Numbered from the stretch's first letter, positions 18,142-27,281 are shown. The stretch: DNA of 64,000 nucleotides from an uncultured Verrucomicrobia subdivision 3 bacterium (GCA_903870815.1 CAIQEI010000085.1:2043-66042); one strand, 5' to 3'. Notes: generated from the letters alone by a model not told the origin. Program-made: numbers and translations.

Positions 18142-18993
18142 TCAACCCACCTGCACCACCAATGCCGTTGTGTTATCGCGCCCGTCGTTCTTCACGGATT
18201 CGTTCACCAGCAATTGGGCGGCATTGATCCGGCCGTCCCGGATCGAGGTCCGCAGGATGTCCACGAGCGAATGGTCATAAAGCCCCTCAGTCAGGCCGTC
18301 CGTGCACAGCAGGAAAACATCGCCGCGTTCGCAGGCCACCGCGCCGACCTGCGGGTCCACGAACTGGTTGCCGCCGCCGAGCGCCTTTTGCAGCACGTTC
18401 CGGCGGGGATGCGTGCGCACCTCCCGCTCGTTGATCTTGCCGTTTCGGAACAGCCAGGCGACGTGGGTGTCGTCCTCCGTAAGCTGCAGGATTTCATTTT
18501 TTTTCGCCGACAGGTGATAGATCCGGCTGTCGCCGATGTGGCCAAAATACATCCAGCCCGGCGTGAACCAGCACAGGCTCATGGTCGTCTGCATCCCCTG
18601 GCATTCGTCATACGAGCCGCCGAGATAGACCAGCGCGCGGTGGATCTGCTCGTAAAGTTCCGCCAGCACGTCGGCGACGCCGGCATCCAGGCCGTGGGCG
18701 GCGGTCTTGAACGCACGCGGCAGCAGCGTGGTGATTTTCTCCACGGCGATCTGGCTGGCGTATTCGCCGGCCTTCGCTCCGCCCATGCCGTCGCAGACCG
18801 CGAAAGTGAAAGCATGCTTCGCCGCACCGGCCTCGCCGAATTTGCCAAGACGGTGAACCTCGCGCGCATCGAACCGCAGGCCGAGAAAGGCGTCTTCGTT
18901 GTTCTTGCGCACCTTGCCGACGTCCGAGCAACCGGACCATTTCAAGATGACCGCCTTCGACTTTTTTGGGTTTTTGACAATTTTTGACTTCAT
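18142..18993 (-). CDS. PP2C-family Ser/Thr protein phosphatase
   Basis: Motifs present are RKNNEDAF, AVCDGMGGAKAGE, GHIGDSR, LLCTDGL and GRDNTT. Confidence 0.9.
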   Translation of the reverse strand: MKSKIVKNPKKSKAVILKWSGCSDVGKVRKNNEDAFLGLRFDAREVHRLGKFGEAGAAKHAFTFAVCDGMGGAKAGEYASQIAVEKITTLLPRAFKTAAHGLDAGVADVLAELYEQIHRALVYLGGSYDECQGMQTTMSLCWFTPGWMYFGHIGDSRIYHLSAKKNEILQLTEDDTHVAWLFRNGKINEREVRTHPRRNVLQKALGGGNQFVDPQVGAVACERGDVFLLCTDGLTEGLYDHSLVDILRTSIRDGRINAAQLLVNESVKNDGRDNTTALVVQVG

Positions 18994-19430
18994 TCAGGTT
19001 CCTTCTTGTCCTCTGGCAAAATGGTAGCGAACTCAAAATCAATCACGCAAAAGCGTCCGTCGGAGAACCGGTAAGTGACGTTGCGGACGTCCGGATCATC
19101 GTGGCGCACGCCAAACTTTTCCAGTTCGTCGAAGATTTCCTTCCGGCGCTGCTCATCCAACTGCTCCACGCGGGTGCCACAGTTGGTGGTGATGATGCGC
19201 AGCTTGCTCCGGTCGGCTTCCAGCAGGCGCGGCACAAAATCGCAACCGTGCGCCTTGAGATGGCGCAGCACGCGCACCTCGTTATCGAACCTCCCATTCG
19301 CCTTCGGCCCGTGGTAAGCCTTGAACACCCGGCCGTCAAAACTCAAATGAACGGTCGCGCGCAATGTATCTTTTACCTTCAACATCCCGCGGCGAATATG
19401 ACGCATCCCTGAGACGATGCAAAGCGGCAT
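18990..19430 (-). CDS. minimal protein-kinase-like (APH/ChoK-like core) protein
   Basis: It has VFKAY (Lys), NEVRVL (Glu), HDDPDVRN (HxDxxxxN) and VIDFEFA (DFE) at canonical spacing. It ends 11 aa after DFE. An ATGA overlap couples it to the PP2C gene. The start is ambiguous (ATG at 19430, 19406 or 19385). Confidence 0.6.
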   Translation of the reverse strand: MPLCIVSGMRHIRRGMLKVKDTLRATVHLSFDGRVFKAYHGPKANGRFDNEVRVLRHLKAHGCDFVPRLLEADRSKLRIITTNCGTRVEQLDEQRRKEIFDELEKFGVRHDDPDVRNVTYRFSDGRFCVIDFEFATILPEDKKEPE

Positions 19431-19596
19431 TGCACCGGCAAGGGAGTTTTTTATTCACGCTGATTAAATTACCGCAGAAATTCCCTATCGGGGCGGGTGG
19501 CGGGCCAATGGCGCAAAGTTATTCCCGCCGGCAAAACCATTGGTAGACGGGGGAAAACGGAGGTTTTACAATTCTTCGAACAAAATTCTTGCAGTC

Positions 19597-19612
19597 TGGC
19601 ACCGTCCCTGCT
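19597..19612 (+). promoter_or_regulatory. sigma-54-type promoter (-24/-12) for glnII
   Basis: TGGCACcgtccCTGCT has canonical GG/GC spacing. It lies about 80 nt upstream of the ATG and has the same CTGCT -12 element as the glnB promoter. Confidence 0.65.
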
Positions 19613-19693
19613 CAAACTTTCTCACCGTTGTCCAACTGATGCCCCGGCGTCAGTTGAATCGCAAATACTAAATCAAATACACACACCACGCAC

Positions 19694-20731
19694 ATGGCTA
19701 AATACAAATTAGAATACCTCTGGCTCGACGGCTATGAACCCGTCGCCAACATCCGCGGCAAAACCCAGGTCAAGGAATTCAAAGCCTTTCCCAAGCTCGA
19801 AGAACTCCCGATGTGGGGTTTTGACGGCAGCTCGACCCGCCAGGCTGAAGGCCGCACTTCCGACTGCATGCTTAAGCCCGTGGCTGTCTATCCCGACACC
19901 ACCAAGAAAAACGGCGCCCTCGTCATGTGCGAAGTCATGATGCCGGACGGCAAGACGCCGCATCCGTCCAACGGACGCGCCACCATTCCTGATGATCCCG
20001 GCGCCTGGTTCGGCTTCGAACAGGAATATTTCCTCTACAAGGACGGCAAGCCCCTGGGCTTCCCGGAATCCGGCTTCCCCTATCCGCAGGGTGAATACTA
20101 CACCGGCGTCGGCTACCGGAATGTCGGCTGCATCGCCCGCGAGATTGTGGACACGCACCTCGACCTCTGCCTTGACGCCGGCATCAACCACGAAGGCATC
20201 AACGCCGAAGTGGCCAAAGGCCAGTGGGAATTCCAGATCTTCGGCAAAGGCTCCAAGAACGCCGCCGACCAGGTGTGGGTGGCCCGCTATCTCCTGATGC
20301 GCCTCTGCGAAAAATACGGCGTGGACGTAAACTGGCATTGCAAGCCGCTCGGCAAGGATGTGGACTGGAACGGCTCCGGCATGCACTCCAACTTCTCCAC
20401 CGATCACCTGCGCACCGTCGGCGGCAAGGATTATTTCGAGGCGCTCATGGCAGCGTTCGACAAATACAAGAACGAACACATCGCCGTCTATGGTCCGGAC
20501 AATCATCTGCGCCTCACCGGCCTGCATGAAACCCAGTCCATCGACAAGTTCAACTATGGCGTGGCCAACCGCGGAGCCTCCGTGCGCGTGCCGCACAGCT
20601 TTGTCAACAACGGCTACAAAGGTTATCTCGAAGACCGCCGACCGAACTCCCAGGGCGACCCCTACAAGATCGCCGGCCGCATCCTCCAGACCATTGCGAC
20701 CGTGCCGATCAAGAAGTCATCCAAGAAGTAA
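19694..20731 (+). CDS. glnII: glutamine synthetase type II (eukaryote-like)
   Basis: The 345-aa ORF starts LEYLWLDGY...MWGFDGSST and continues with [20 protein letters not shown] and [10 protein letters not shown]. The size and motifs fit GSII rather than GSI or GSIII. Confidence 0.9.
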   Translation: MAKYKLEYLWLDGYEPVANIRGKTQVKEFKAFPKLEELPMWGFDGSSTRQAEGRTSDCMLKPVAVYPDTTKKNGALVMCEVMMPDGKTPHPSNGRATIPDDPGAWFGFEQEYFLYKDGKPLGFPESGFPYPQGEYYTGVGYRNVGCIAREIVDTHLDLCLDAGINHEGINAEVAKGQWEFQIFGKGSKNAADQVWVARYLLMRLCEKYGVDVNWHCKPLGKDVDWNGSGMHSNFSTDHLRTVGGKDYFEALMAAFDKYKNEHIAVYGPDNHLRLTGLHETQSIDKFNYGVANRGASVRVPHSFVNNGYKGYLEDRRPNSQGDPYKIAGRILQTIATVPIKKSSKK

Positions 20732-20762
20732 TTCCAAATACCCCTCGTTGGAGGAATTGGGG

Positions 20763-20798
20763 AACGGCGCGAACCAAAAGTTCGCGCCGTTTTTCTTT
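20763..20798 (+). terminator. rho-independent terminator of glnII
   Basis: It has a 12-bp stem (AACGGCGCGAAC / GTTCGCGCCGTT), a CAAAA loop and a TTTTTCTTT tail. Confidence 0.8.
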
Positions 20799-20804
20799 GG
20801 AAAT

Positions 20805-21806
20805 TCACTTCAACTCCGCGGCGATCTGCTCGCCCAGCAACGCCGCCTCGGCGATGGGACGTTTCCCCTCGCCGCGCTTCACCGTTTCATCGCGGAAGGA
20901 AACCGCCTTGAGCAAAATCTTGGTGCCGGTGATTTCCGCATGCGCCCCGACCGGGCTTTGACAGCCGCCGCCCATACCGCGCAGGAACGCCCGTTCCGCC
21001 GTCACCGCATGGAACGTGTTGACATGGTTCAGTCGCTCCACGATTTTACCGATGCGCTCGTCGTCCGCGCGGATCTCGATGCCAATGGCGCCCTGCCCCA
21101 CGCAGGGCAGCATCACTTCGAGATCCAGCACGGTTGCCAGCAGGCCGTCCGGCACCGCTTCGCCTGCGAGCGTGCCGTCGGCGTTGATCTGGAATTTCAA
21201 TCGCGTCAAACCCGCCAGTGCCAGCACCGTCGCGTCTAGTTCACCCTGCTCGGCCACCTTCTGCATCCGCGTGGAAACATTTCCGCGAATCTCGACGATC
21301 TTCAGGTCCGGCCGCGCCGCAAGCAGCGACATCCTGCGCCGGGTGCTGCTCGTGGCGATGGTCGCGCCTTTCGGAAAATCTTTCAGCTTCAGGTGCGGCT
21401 GGAAACCGCGCAATGCGCCTTGACCCGGCGACCGTTCCTTTTGCTGCTTCAAAAAGGCCGCGGCGCGATAAATAAGCACATCGCGCACGTCCTCGCGCTT
21501 AGGCGTGGCGGCGAGAATGAGGCCGGCAGGCAATTCCGTCGGCAAATCTTTCAGACTGTGCACGGCGAGGTCGGCTTGACCCTTGATCAGAGCCACTTCG
21601 AGTTCCTTCGTAAAGAGCCCTTTCGGCAGGCTGGGATCGGTCTTGGCCATCGAAGCCTTCTGCAATTTGTCGCCGGTGGTCTTGATGATTTTCAGCTCGA
21701 AGGGGAGCCGGGGGAATGCGGCGCGACACATCGCAGCAATCAGGTTGGACTGCGCGAGGGCGAGCGCGCTGCCGCGCGTGCAGATGACAATCGGCTTTTC
21801 AGGCAT
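20805..21806 (-). CDS. hemC: hydroxymethylbilane synthase
   Basis: Motifs present are ICTRGSALALAQS, IKTTGDK and DLAVHSLKDLPT. Confidence 0.95.
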   Translation of the reverse strand: MPEKPIVICTRGSALALAQSNLIAAMCRAAFPRLPFELKIIKTTGDKLQKASMAKTDPSLPKGLFTKELEVALIKGQADLAVHSLKDLPTELPAGLILAATPKREDVRDVLIYRAAAFLKQQKERSPGQGALRGFQPHLKLKDFPKGATIATSSTRRRMSLLAARPDLKIVEIRGNVSTRMQKVAEQGELDATVLALAGLTRLKFQINADGTLAGEAVPDGLLATVLDLEVMLPCVGQGAIGIEIRADDERIGKIVERLNHVNTFHAVTAERAFLRGMGGGCQSPVGAHAEITGTKILLKAVSFRDETVKRGEGKRPIAEAALLGEQIAAELK

Positions 21807-21816
21807 AAATTATTGA

Positions 21817-21847
21817 CCACAGATTCACACGGATGAGCACGGATGAA
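21817..21847. repeat. 10-nt periodic repeat (CACAGATTCA CACGGATGAG CACGGATGAA)
   Basis: Read directly, in the hemA-hemC gap about 10 nt upstream of the hemC start. It shares the CCACAGAT motif with the inverted repeats at 41842 and 42611. Confidence 0.8.
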
Positions 21848-21884
21848 AAGAAAACAACACAGGGTAAAGCCGGTCAATTCACTT

Positions 21885-22922
21885 TCATACTGGAACCCTG
21901 GCGGCCCCATACTGGTTCGCTGCCAGCAAAGCCGCCACCTTCTCGGCGATGATTTTTTCGCAGCGGTTCACTTCCTCCTTCCGCAGGTTCAGATATTCGT
22001 TCGCGATGCATTGAAGATCATCCACGTTGTAGAGATAGACGTTGTCCAGGGCACTCACGCCGGGGTCGATGTCACGCGGCACGGCGATGTCGATGAGCAA
22101 CAGCGGCCGATGCTTGCGGCGGCGCATGAGCGGCTCCAGCTTTGCACGGTCGAGAAGATGGTGCGGCGCGGCGGTACTGCTGATGGCGATATCGACGCGC
22201 TCAAACTCCTCCGGCCAATCGGCGAACGGCACCGTGCGCGCGCCCAATTCGGCGGCGAGGGCAGCAGCGCGTTCGGGCGAACGGTTAGTGACGGTGATTT
22301 TTTTCACCCCGCGCGATTGCAGGGCGCGCGCGGTCTTCTCGCTGGTCTCGCCGGCACCGATGACGAGGACTTCGTGATCGGCGAGCGACGTGAAGATCTT
22401 TTCCGCGAGTTCCACGGCGGCGGACATCACGGAGACGCTGCCGCGCTGGATGTTGGTCGCGGTGCGAATATGCTTGGCCACGTTGAACGCGCGCTGAAAT
22501 GACTTGTTGAGCCGCGCGCCGGTGAACTGGCGGGAGAAGGCGAGTTCGTAGGCATCCTTGAGCTGGCCGAAAATCTCCGTCTCGCCGATGACCATGGAAT
22601 CCAGCCCGGCGGCCACCTTAAAGAGATGATGCAGGCTGTGGGGCTCGGCGAAGGAGTACAACTCATCGCCCAACGCACCGTCGTAGGCGTGGTGCGCAAT
22701 CAGGAATTTTTTCAGTTCCGCAAAGGCGGCGTCCGGCGCGAGCGGGGTGACGGCGTAGATTTCCACGCGGTTGCAGGTGGAGAGAATGGCAGCCTCCGTG
22801 GCGAGGCCGGCATCACGCAGGGCCTGGAGCGCAGCGGGGATTTTATCGCCGGCAAAAGCAAAGCGTTCGCGCAGTTCCACGGGCGCGGAGCGGTGGCTCA
22901 AACCGATGACGACAACACTCAT
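21885..22922 (-). CDS. hemA: glutamyl-tRNA reductase
   Basis: Motifs present are VIGLSHRSAPVELRE, STCNRVEIY and VIGAGETSE. Confidence 0.95.
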   Translation of the reverse strand: MSVVVIGLSHRSAPVELRERFAFAGDKIPAALQALRDAGLATEAAILSTCNRVEIYAVTPLAPDAAFAELKKFLIAHHAYDGALGDELYSFAEPHSLHHLFKVAAGLDSMVIGETEIFGQLKDAYELAFSRQFTGARLNKSFQRAFNVAKHIRTATNIQRGSVSVMSAAVELAEKIFTSLADHEVLVIGAGETSEKTARALQSRGVKKITVTNRSPERAAALAAELGARTVPFADWPEEFERVDIAISSTAAPHHLLDRAKLEPLMRRRKHRPLLLIDIAVPRDIDPGVSALDNVYLYNVDDLQCIANEYLNLRKEEVNRCEKIIAEKVAALLAANQYGAARVPV

Positions 22923-23827
22923 TGGCCGGTGACAAGCGACAAGTGACGGGGGGCGAGTACGGGAGCGTAAACCGTCGTCATCACGCTGTTAGTCGTTTCC
23001 GGAGGATCCTCCTGATGCATCGGCGAAAACTTATTGGTGATGCCAAACGTCAGCAGCAGAAACACGAAGGCGATGGCGACACCCGTGGCGAAGCGCCGGC
23101 TGGTCCGCCCGAAAAACTTGTAAGCCACGAGCGCTTCCAGATACACCAGCCAGAGCACCGCCGCCCAGAGGACCTTGGGGTCGGAGAGATAGGCTTTGCC
23201 CGCGTGACGCGGCAGTTGCGAGCCGGCGGCGAGGCCGATGGTGAGCAGCACAAAGCCCACCGCGACGAGCCGGAAGGTGATGAGTTCCAGCCGCTGGATG
23301 GACGGCAGCAGCGAGAGCAGCGCGCGGAGCTTGTGAAATTTCAAATCGTGCCGCTGCATCAGGAACATCGCCGCCGCCACCGCCGCGAGGCCAAATGCGC
23401 CGTAAGATTGCAGGATGGTGGCGGCATGCAGGCTGCGCAGCGCGCCGGAAAATTCGGGCTTCGGCCCGTGCGGCGGATCGAGCGACGGCATCAGCGCAAA
23501 CACGCCGACGGTGAACAACACCGGGGCGGTGAACGCGGCGAGAAACTTGAAGCGCGGCAGCAGCGAATAAACCAGGCACGCCAGGCCGAGCGCCCAGAGC
23601 AGGAAGGTGGTGGCCTCGTAGAGGTTGTTGACAGGGCAGCTGTGCAGCGTCAGGCCGCGCTTGGTCATGGCCAGCGTGTGCAGCGCCACGCCGCCGGCCA
23701 GTAGAAAATAGTTCACCCATTCGTCCCGGCGAAAACCCTTGCGCCAGAGAAAAACGGAATAGATCGTTGCCAGACCATAAAAGGTCACGGCAGCCATAAA
23801 GCAATGCCGGTCGGTGAACCAAGCCAT
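22919..23827 (-). CDS. cytochrome c assembly (CcsA/HemX-like) membrane protein
   Basis: It is a polytopic membrane protein immediately upstream of hemA and overlapping it by 4 nt. The start is placed at MAWFTDRH (ATG 23827); the ORF-track extension to 24199 is non-membrane and low-complexity. Confidence 0.6.
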   Translation of the reverse strand: MAWFTDRHCFMAAVTFYGLATIYSVFLWRKGFRRDEWVNYFLLAGGVALHTLAMTKRGLTLHSCPVNNLYEATTFLLWALGLACLVYSLLPRFKFLAAFTAPVLFTVGVFALMPSLDPPHGPKPEFSGALRSLHAATILQSYGAFGLAAVAAAMFLMQRHDLKFHKLRALLSLLPSIQRLELITFRLVAVGFVLLTIGLAAGSQLPRHAGKAYLSDPKVLWAAVLWLVYLEALVAYKFFGRTSRRFATGVAIAFVFLLLTFGITNKFSPMHQEDPPETTNSVMTTVYAPVLAPRHLSLVTGQ

Positions 23828-23911
23828 AATGGACAGGCTAAAGGCAAAGGGTGCGAGCGGCAAGTTGGTTCCGGTCTTTGCTTCGCCGCCAAAACGGATT
23901 AGTTTGCAGCG

Positions 23912-24853
23912 ATGAAGTTTCGCCTCGTCGTCGTCCTGCTGCTGGCCACCGGCGGGCGGCTGCCCGCCCAGACGAACGACGAGCCGGCGCTGGACGTGGG
24001 CGGCCTGCTCGATGCCGCGCAGCAGTTTGCGCAGGACAATCTCGACCCCGACGTGCTCAAGGCGCTGCAGGACGTGGACCGCGGGAAGGTTGAGGATTTT
24101 CTCAAGAACTATCAGGCCTATCTTCAGGGCGACTATGTTTTGGACGTGGCACAGTTGAAGGATGGCGCAAAGGCCATCCTGCCGCTGCTCGACGGGCATG
24201 AGGAAACCCAGGCATATGCCGCCTGGCTAAGGGCGCGGCTGGATTATTTTGACGCGGCGGAGGAATTGAAAGCCATCACGCCGCCACCCCCGCCGCCAGC
24301 GGGAACCAACCTGCCGCCGCACGCACCGAACCCGTCGTTCGCGGTGGAGCAACAGGTCTGGGTCAAAAAAGTCGCGCCGCGTCCGTGGCCGGAAGCCGCG
24401 AAAAAATTCGTGCCGGAACTGAAAGCCATTTTTGCCGCCGAAGGGGTGCCGGGGGAACTCGTGTGGCTGGCAGAGGTGGAATCCGGTTTCGACAAGCGCG
24501 CCCGCAGCCCCGCCGGCGCGGCGGGGATGTTTCAACTCATGCCGGCGACGGCGAAAAATCTCGGGCTGAGTTTGTTTCCGTTCGACCAGCGCCAGCAGCC
24601 GGAACCGGCGGCACACGCAGCGGCCAAGTATTTGCGGCGTCTCCACGAACAATTCGGCGACTGGCGGCTGGCCGTGGCGGCCTACAATTGCGGCGAAGGC
24701 ACGGTGCAGCGGCAGTTGAACCGTTTCGGCACGAATAACTACGGGCGCATTGCCACCCATCTGCCGGCGGAGACCCAGATGTACGTGCCGAAGGTCGAGG
24801 CGATCATCCGGCACCGCGAGGGCGCAGAGCTGGAAAAACTTAAAGCCACTTGA
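23912..24853 (+). CDS. lytic transglycosylase (SLT domain)
   Basis: A signal peptide is followed by AEVESGFDKRARSPAGAAGMFQLMPATA ... AAYNCGEG. Confidence 0.85.
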   Translation: MKFRLVVVLLLATGGRLPAQTNDEPALDVGGLLDAAQQFAQDNLDPDVLKALQDVDRGKVEDFLKNYQAYLQGDYVLDVAQLKDGAKAILPLLDGHEETQAYAAWLRARLDYFDAAEELKAITPPPPPPAGTNLPPHAPNPSFAVEQQVWVKKVAPRPWPEAAKKFVPELKAIFAAEGVPGELVWLAEVESGFDKRARSPAGAAGMFQLMPATAKNLGLSLFPFDQRQQPEPAAHAAAKYLRRLHEQFGDWRLAVAAYNCGEGTVQRQLNRFGTNNYGRIATHLPAETQMYVPKVEAIIRHREGAELEKLKAT

Positions 24854-24882
24854 CGGCAATCCGGGCGGCAACTTTCGGTTTA

Positions 24883-25632
24883 TCAAACTCGCCGCAGCGA
24901 ACCGTCCGCGTGCATCATCGCCACGAGATTGAAGAAGTCGCGCCGGGCGCAGAACGCCACGTCGTCGCGCAGTTCCGGAATGGCGAGCAGCCGCCGGCCG
25001 TTCTCGGAATCGCGGACGGCATTGGGAAAATGTTCGGACCGGACGGAAAAAGCCATGTGGGCGGCAAACGCGTTACTGGAGGTTTTGGGCCGCACTTTCT
25101 GGCCGGCTAAAAGCAATTCCACCAGCGCGCCGGCCGCCAAAATATCTTCCGTGGCCGCGTTCTCGCCGGTGCCGGCGCAGATGAGGAGAATTTCCGGTTG
25201 CCCGCGCAGAAACTGCGCCGTGGCCGCGAGGTTCAGGAACGAGCCGGCCAGGACCGTTTTCGCCGCCGCGCACGCCCGCAAGGCGCGCGTGCCATTCGTG
25301 GTGGTGCTGACGATGGTCTTCCCGCGCACCCGTTCCGGCGTGAACTCGCGCGGGGAATTGCCGAAATCAAAATCCACGCCGCCCGACTGCGCGGCGCGAA
25401 TGCGCACACCGTCGCGTTCACCGGCCAAGAGCACTTCCGGCCGCAGCTGACGGAGCGCGACGGCTTCGGCGATTTCGCTGACGGGGATGATCGCGCGCGC
25501 GCCGTGGTACAGTGCGGTGACGAAAGAGCTGGTCGCGCGCAGGATATCGAACACCACGCAGGCCGTGCCGCGCAGATCGCGCCGGGTCAATGCGGGCAAT
25601 TCCTCCGGCGAAAGGAGAGCATCAAGATTCAT
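24883..25632 (-). CDS. 2-phosphosulfolactate phosphatase family (ComB-like)
   Basis: It has the motif VVFDILRATSSFVTAL and is 249 aa long. Confidence 0.75.
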   Translation of the reverse strand: MNLDALLSPEELPALTRRDLRGTACVVFDILRATSSFVTALYHGARAIIPVSEIAEAVALRQLRPEVLLAGERDGVRIRAAQSGGVDFDFGNSPREFTPERVRGKTIVSTTTNGTRALRACAAAKTVLAGSFLNLAATAQFLRGQPEILLICAGTGENAATEDILAAGALVELLLAGQKVRPKTSSNAFAAHMAFSVRSEHFPNAVRDSENGRRLLAIPELRDDVAFCARRDFFNLVAMMHADGSLRRV

Positions 25633-25666
25633 TTCAATTCGCGCGAAGGATGCATGACGTTTCCGG

Positions 25667-26341
25667 CTAAGCCGTCAGATCGTCCGGCAATAGTTTTTTC
25701 TCCAGCTTTGGAAAAAGCAAAATGGTATGCACCAGAATTAGCAGCGACACCAATACCCCAATTGCCATACCGGCTCCCGCCCCGGGGTTGATCGAGCCAC
25801 AAGCCATGGTCGCGCCGATTAACCCGATGAAGAAGCCTCCCCGCCAACTCTTACGTATGGCATATGGCAGGGCAAACGCAAAACCCAGGACCAGCGCCAC
25901 CACCATCCAAAAGGTAATACCCGGTATTCTCCACGGAGGAAACAGGCAAATACTGGCAGTCGTCAAACAAGCGGCGGAAAGCCATGTTAGCCCAATCAAC
26001 AAATTCATTATCAAACCGAGTGAATGTTGCCGTGCCAACCCAATCACTACACCCACGGCCCAAGTCACCAGCATCGCTCCAAAAGCCGTCAAGCCGATCC
26101 CGTGCCGGACAGCGGCCGCTCCATCGAAGATCAGGACGCCACTCGACGTGCCACCCAAACCGCTTGCTTTCCAATTCATCTCATAATGCTGCCGATCAAT
26201 CGCGACCCACCCGACCCACAAAACCCCTCCACCAAGCGCCAGCAGCATTACGGACATAATCAATGAAGGCCAAAACCGGGGTGGCTTGGCCTTTTCCTGC
26301 GGTGACAGTTGTCCGCGCATATTTATCCGATTCCCAAACAC
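25667..26341 (-). CDS. polytopic membrane protein, unknown function
   Basis: The 224-aa ORF has about six hydrophobic helices. I recognise no family. Confidence 0.5.
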   Translation of the reverse strand: MFGNRINMRGQLSPQEKAKPPRFWPSLIMSVMLLALGGGVLWVGWVAIDRQHYEMNWKASGLGGTSSGVLIFDGAAAVRHGIGLTAFGAMLVTWAVGVVIGLARQHSLGLIMNLLIGLTWLSAACLTTASICLFPPWRIPGITFWMVVALVLGFAFALPYAIRKSWRGGFFIGLIGATMACGSINPGAGAGMAIGVLVSLLILVHTILLFPKLEKKLLPDDLTA

Positions 26342-26385
26342 AAGGCAGGCATTTAACGGCGTTGAAAATAATTATCAAGGAAAAG

Positions 26386-27279
26386 CTATTTTGCCTTCGT
26401 CCGCATATAATGAAAAAGATACTGCTGCGCGTAGCCGGCATGCGGACCGAAATGCGTGGCAGCAAAGTGGCGCAGCCGTTTTGCACTGGCCCGGCGGCGG
26501 GGAAAATACAATTCCTGCAAGGCGCGTTCAATCCACACATCCACCGGAAAGGCGGAGTCAAAGCCATAGGCAAAGAGAAGCACGCAGTCGGCAATCTTGC
26601 CGCCGACGCCACGCAAAGTCATCAACTCCGCGCGGGCGGCGGCGTAGTCCAAGGTGCGGATTTGCTCCAGATCGATTCTGCCGCCGGCGATCTGGCGCGC
26701 GGCATTCAGCAGGCTGGGCGCGCGGAAGCCCATTTTGCACGCGCGCAGATCGGCCTCGTTGCAGGCGGCGAGTTTCTCTGGAGATGGAAAAGAAAATCGT
26801 CGGACGTCCCCTGCCCCGTCCCTCTCCCCATTGGAGGGGCAGAGGGTGGCCGAAGGCTGGGTGACGGGTTCGCCAAAACGCTCGCAGAGCAAGGCGACGA
26901 TCTGCCGGATCTGGACGATTTGCTTGGTGGACGACAGAATGAACGACGCGAGACATTCCCACGGGTCCTGCCGGAGCAGGCGCAGTCCCGGACAGGCGGC
27001 AACGGCGCGACGCATCGGCTCATCATCGGGAAAGGTTCTGAGGATGGCGGCGAGATCCGTTTCGGTCTGAAGAAAGTGGCGGAGAAATTGCGAGCTCTTC
27101 ACCGGCGCCAGCGCGGTAGCGTGAATAACATTTCCCTTTTGCTTTAACTGGAGCGAATGCTGGCCGACAACGCCGTGCCAGTAATTATCAACAGGCTGCC
27201 AGCGGAAAACCTGGCCGGAATCTAGCGTGGCGGCGAGATCGTAATCACGCACGCGCAGAAGAATCTCCGTGGCGGCCAT
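26386..27279 (-). CDS. ogg: 8-oxoguanine DNA glycosylase / HhH-GPD family
   Basis: It has the OGG_N-like ATLDSGQVFRW and the HhH-GPD motif LRGVGGKIADCVLLF...FPVDVWI with catalytic Lys and Asp. The start is placed at ATG 27279. Confidence 0.8.
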   Translation of the reverse strand: MAATEILLRVRDYDLAATLDSGQVFRWQPVDNYWHGVVGQHSLQLKQKGNVIHATALAPVKSSQFLRHFLQTETDLAAILRTFPDDEPMRRAVAACPGLRLLRQDPWECLASFILSSTKQIVQIRQIVALLCERFGEPVTQPSATLCPSNGERDGAGDVRRFSFPSPEKLAACNEADLRACKMGFRAPSLLNAARQIAGGRIDLEQIRTLDYAAARAELMTLRGVGGKIADCVLLFAYGFDSAFPVDVWIERALQELYFPRRRASAKRLRHFAATHFGPHAGYAQQYLFHYMRTKAK

Positions 27280-27281
27280 GG

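Noticed and set aside
22919-24199. Very long N-terminal extensions in the ORF track: 22919-24199, 27282-28574, 52645-54765, 38297-40135, 12919-13794, 26386-27414 and 35057-35623.
   Set aside because: The extensions overlap the neighbouring gene or read through repeats, and they lack the character of the downstream domain. Internal ATGs give proteins of normal family length with proper signal peptides or first TM helices.
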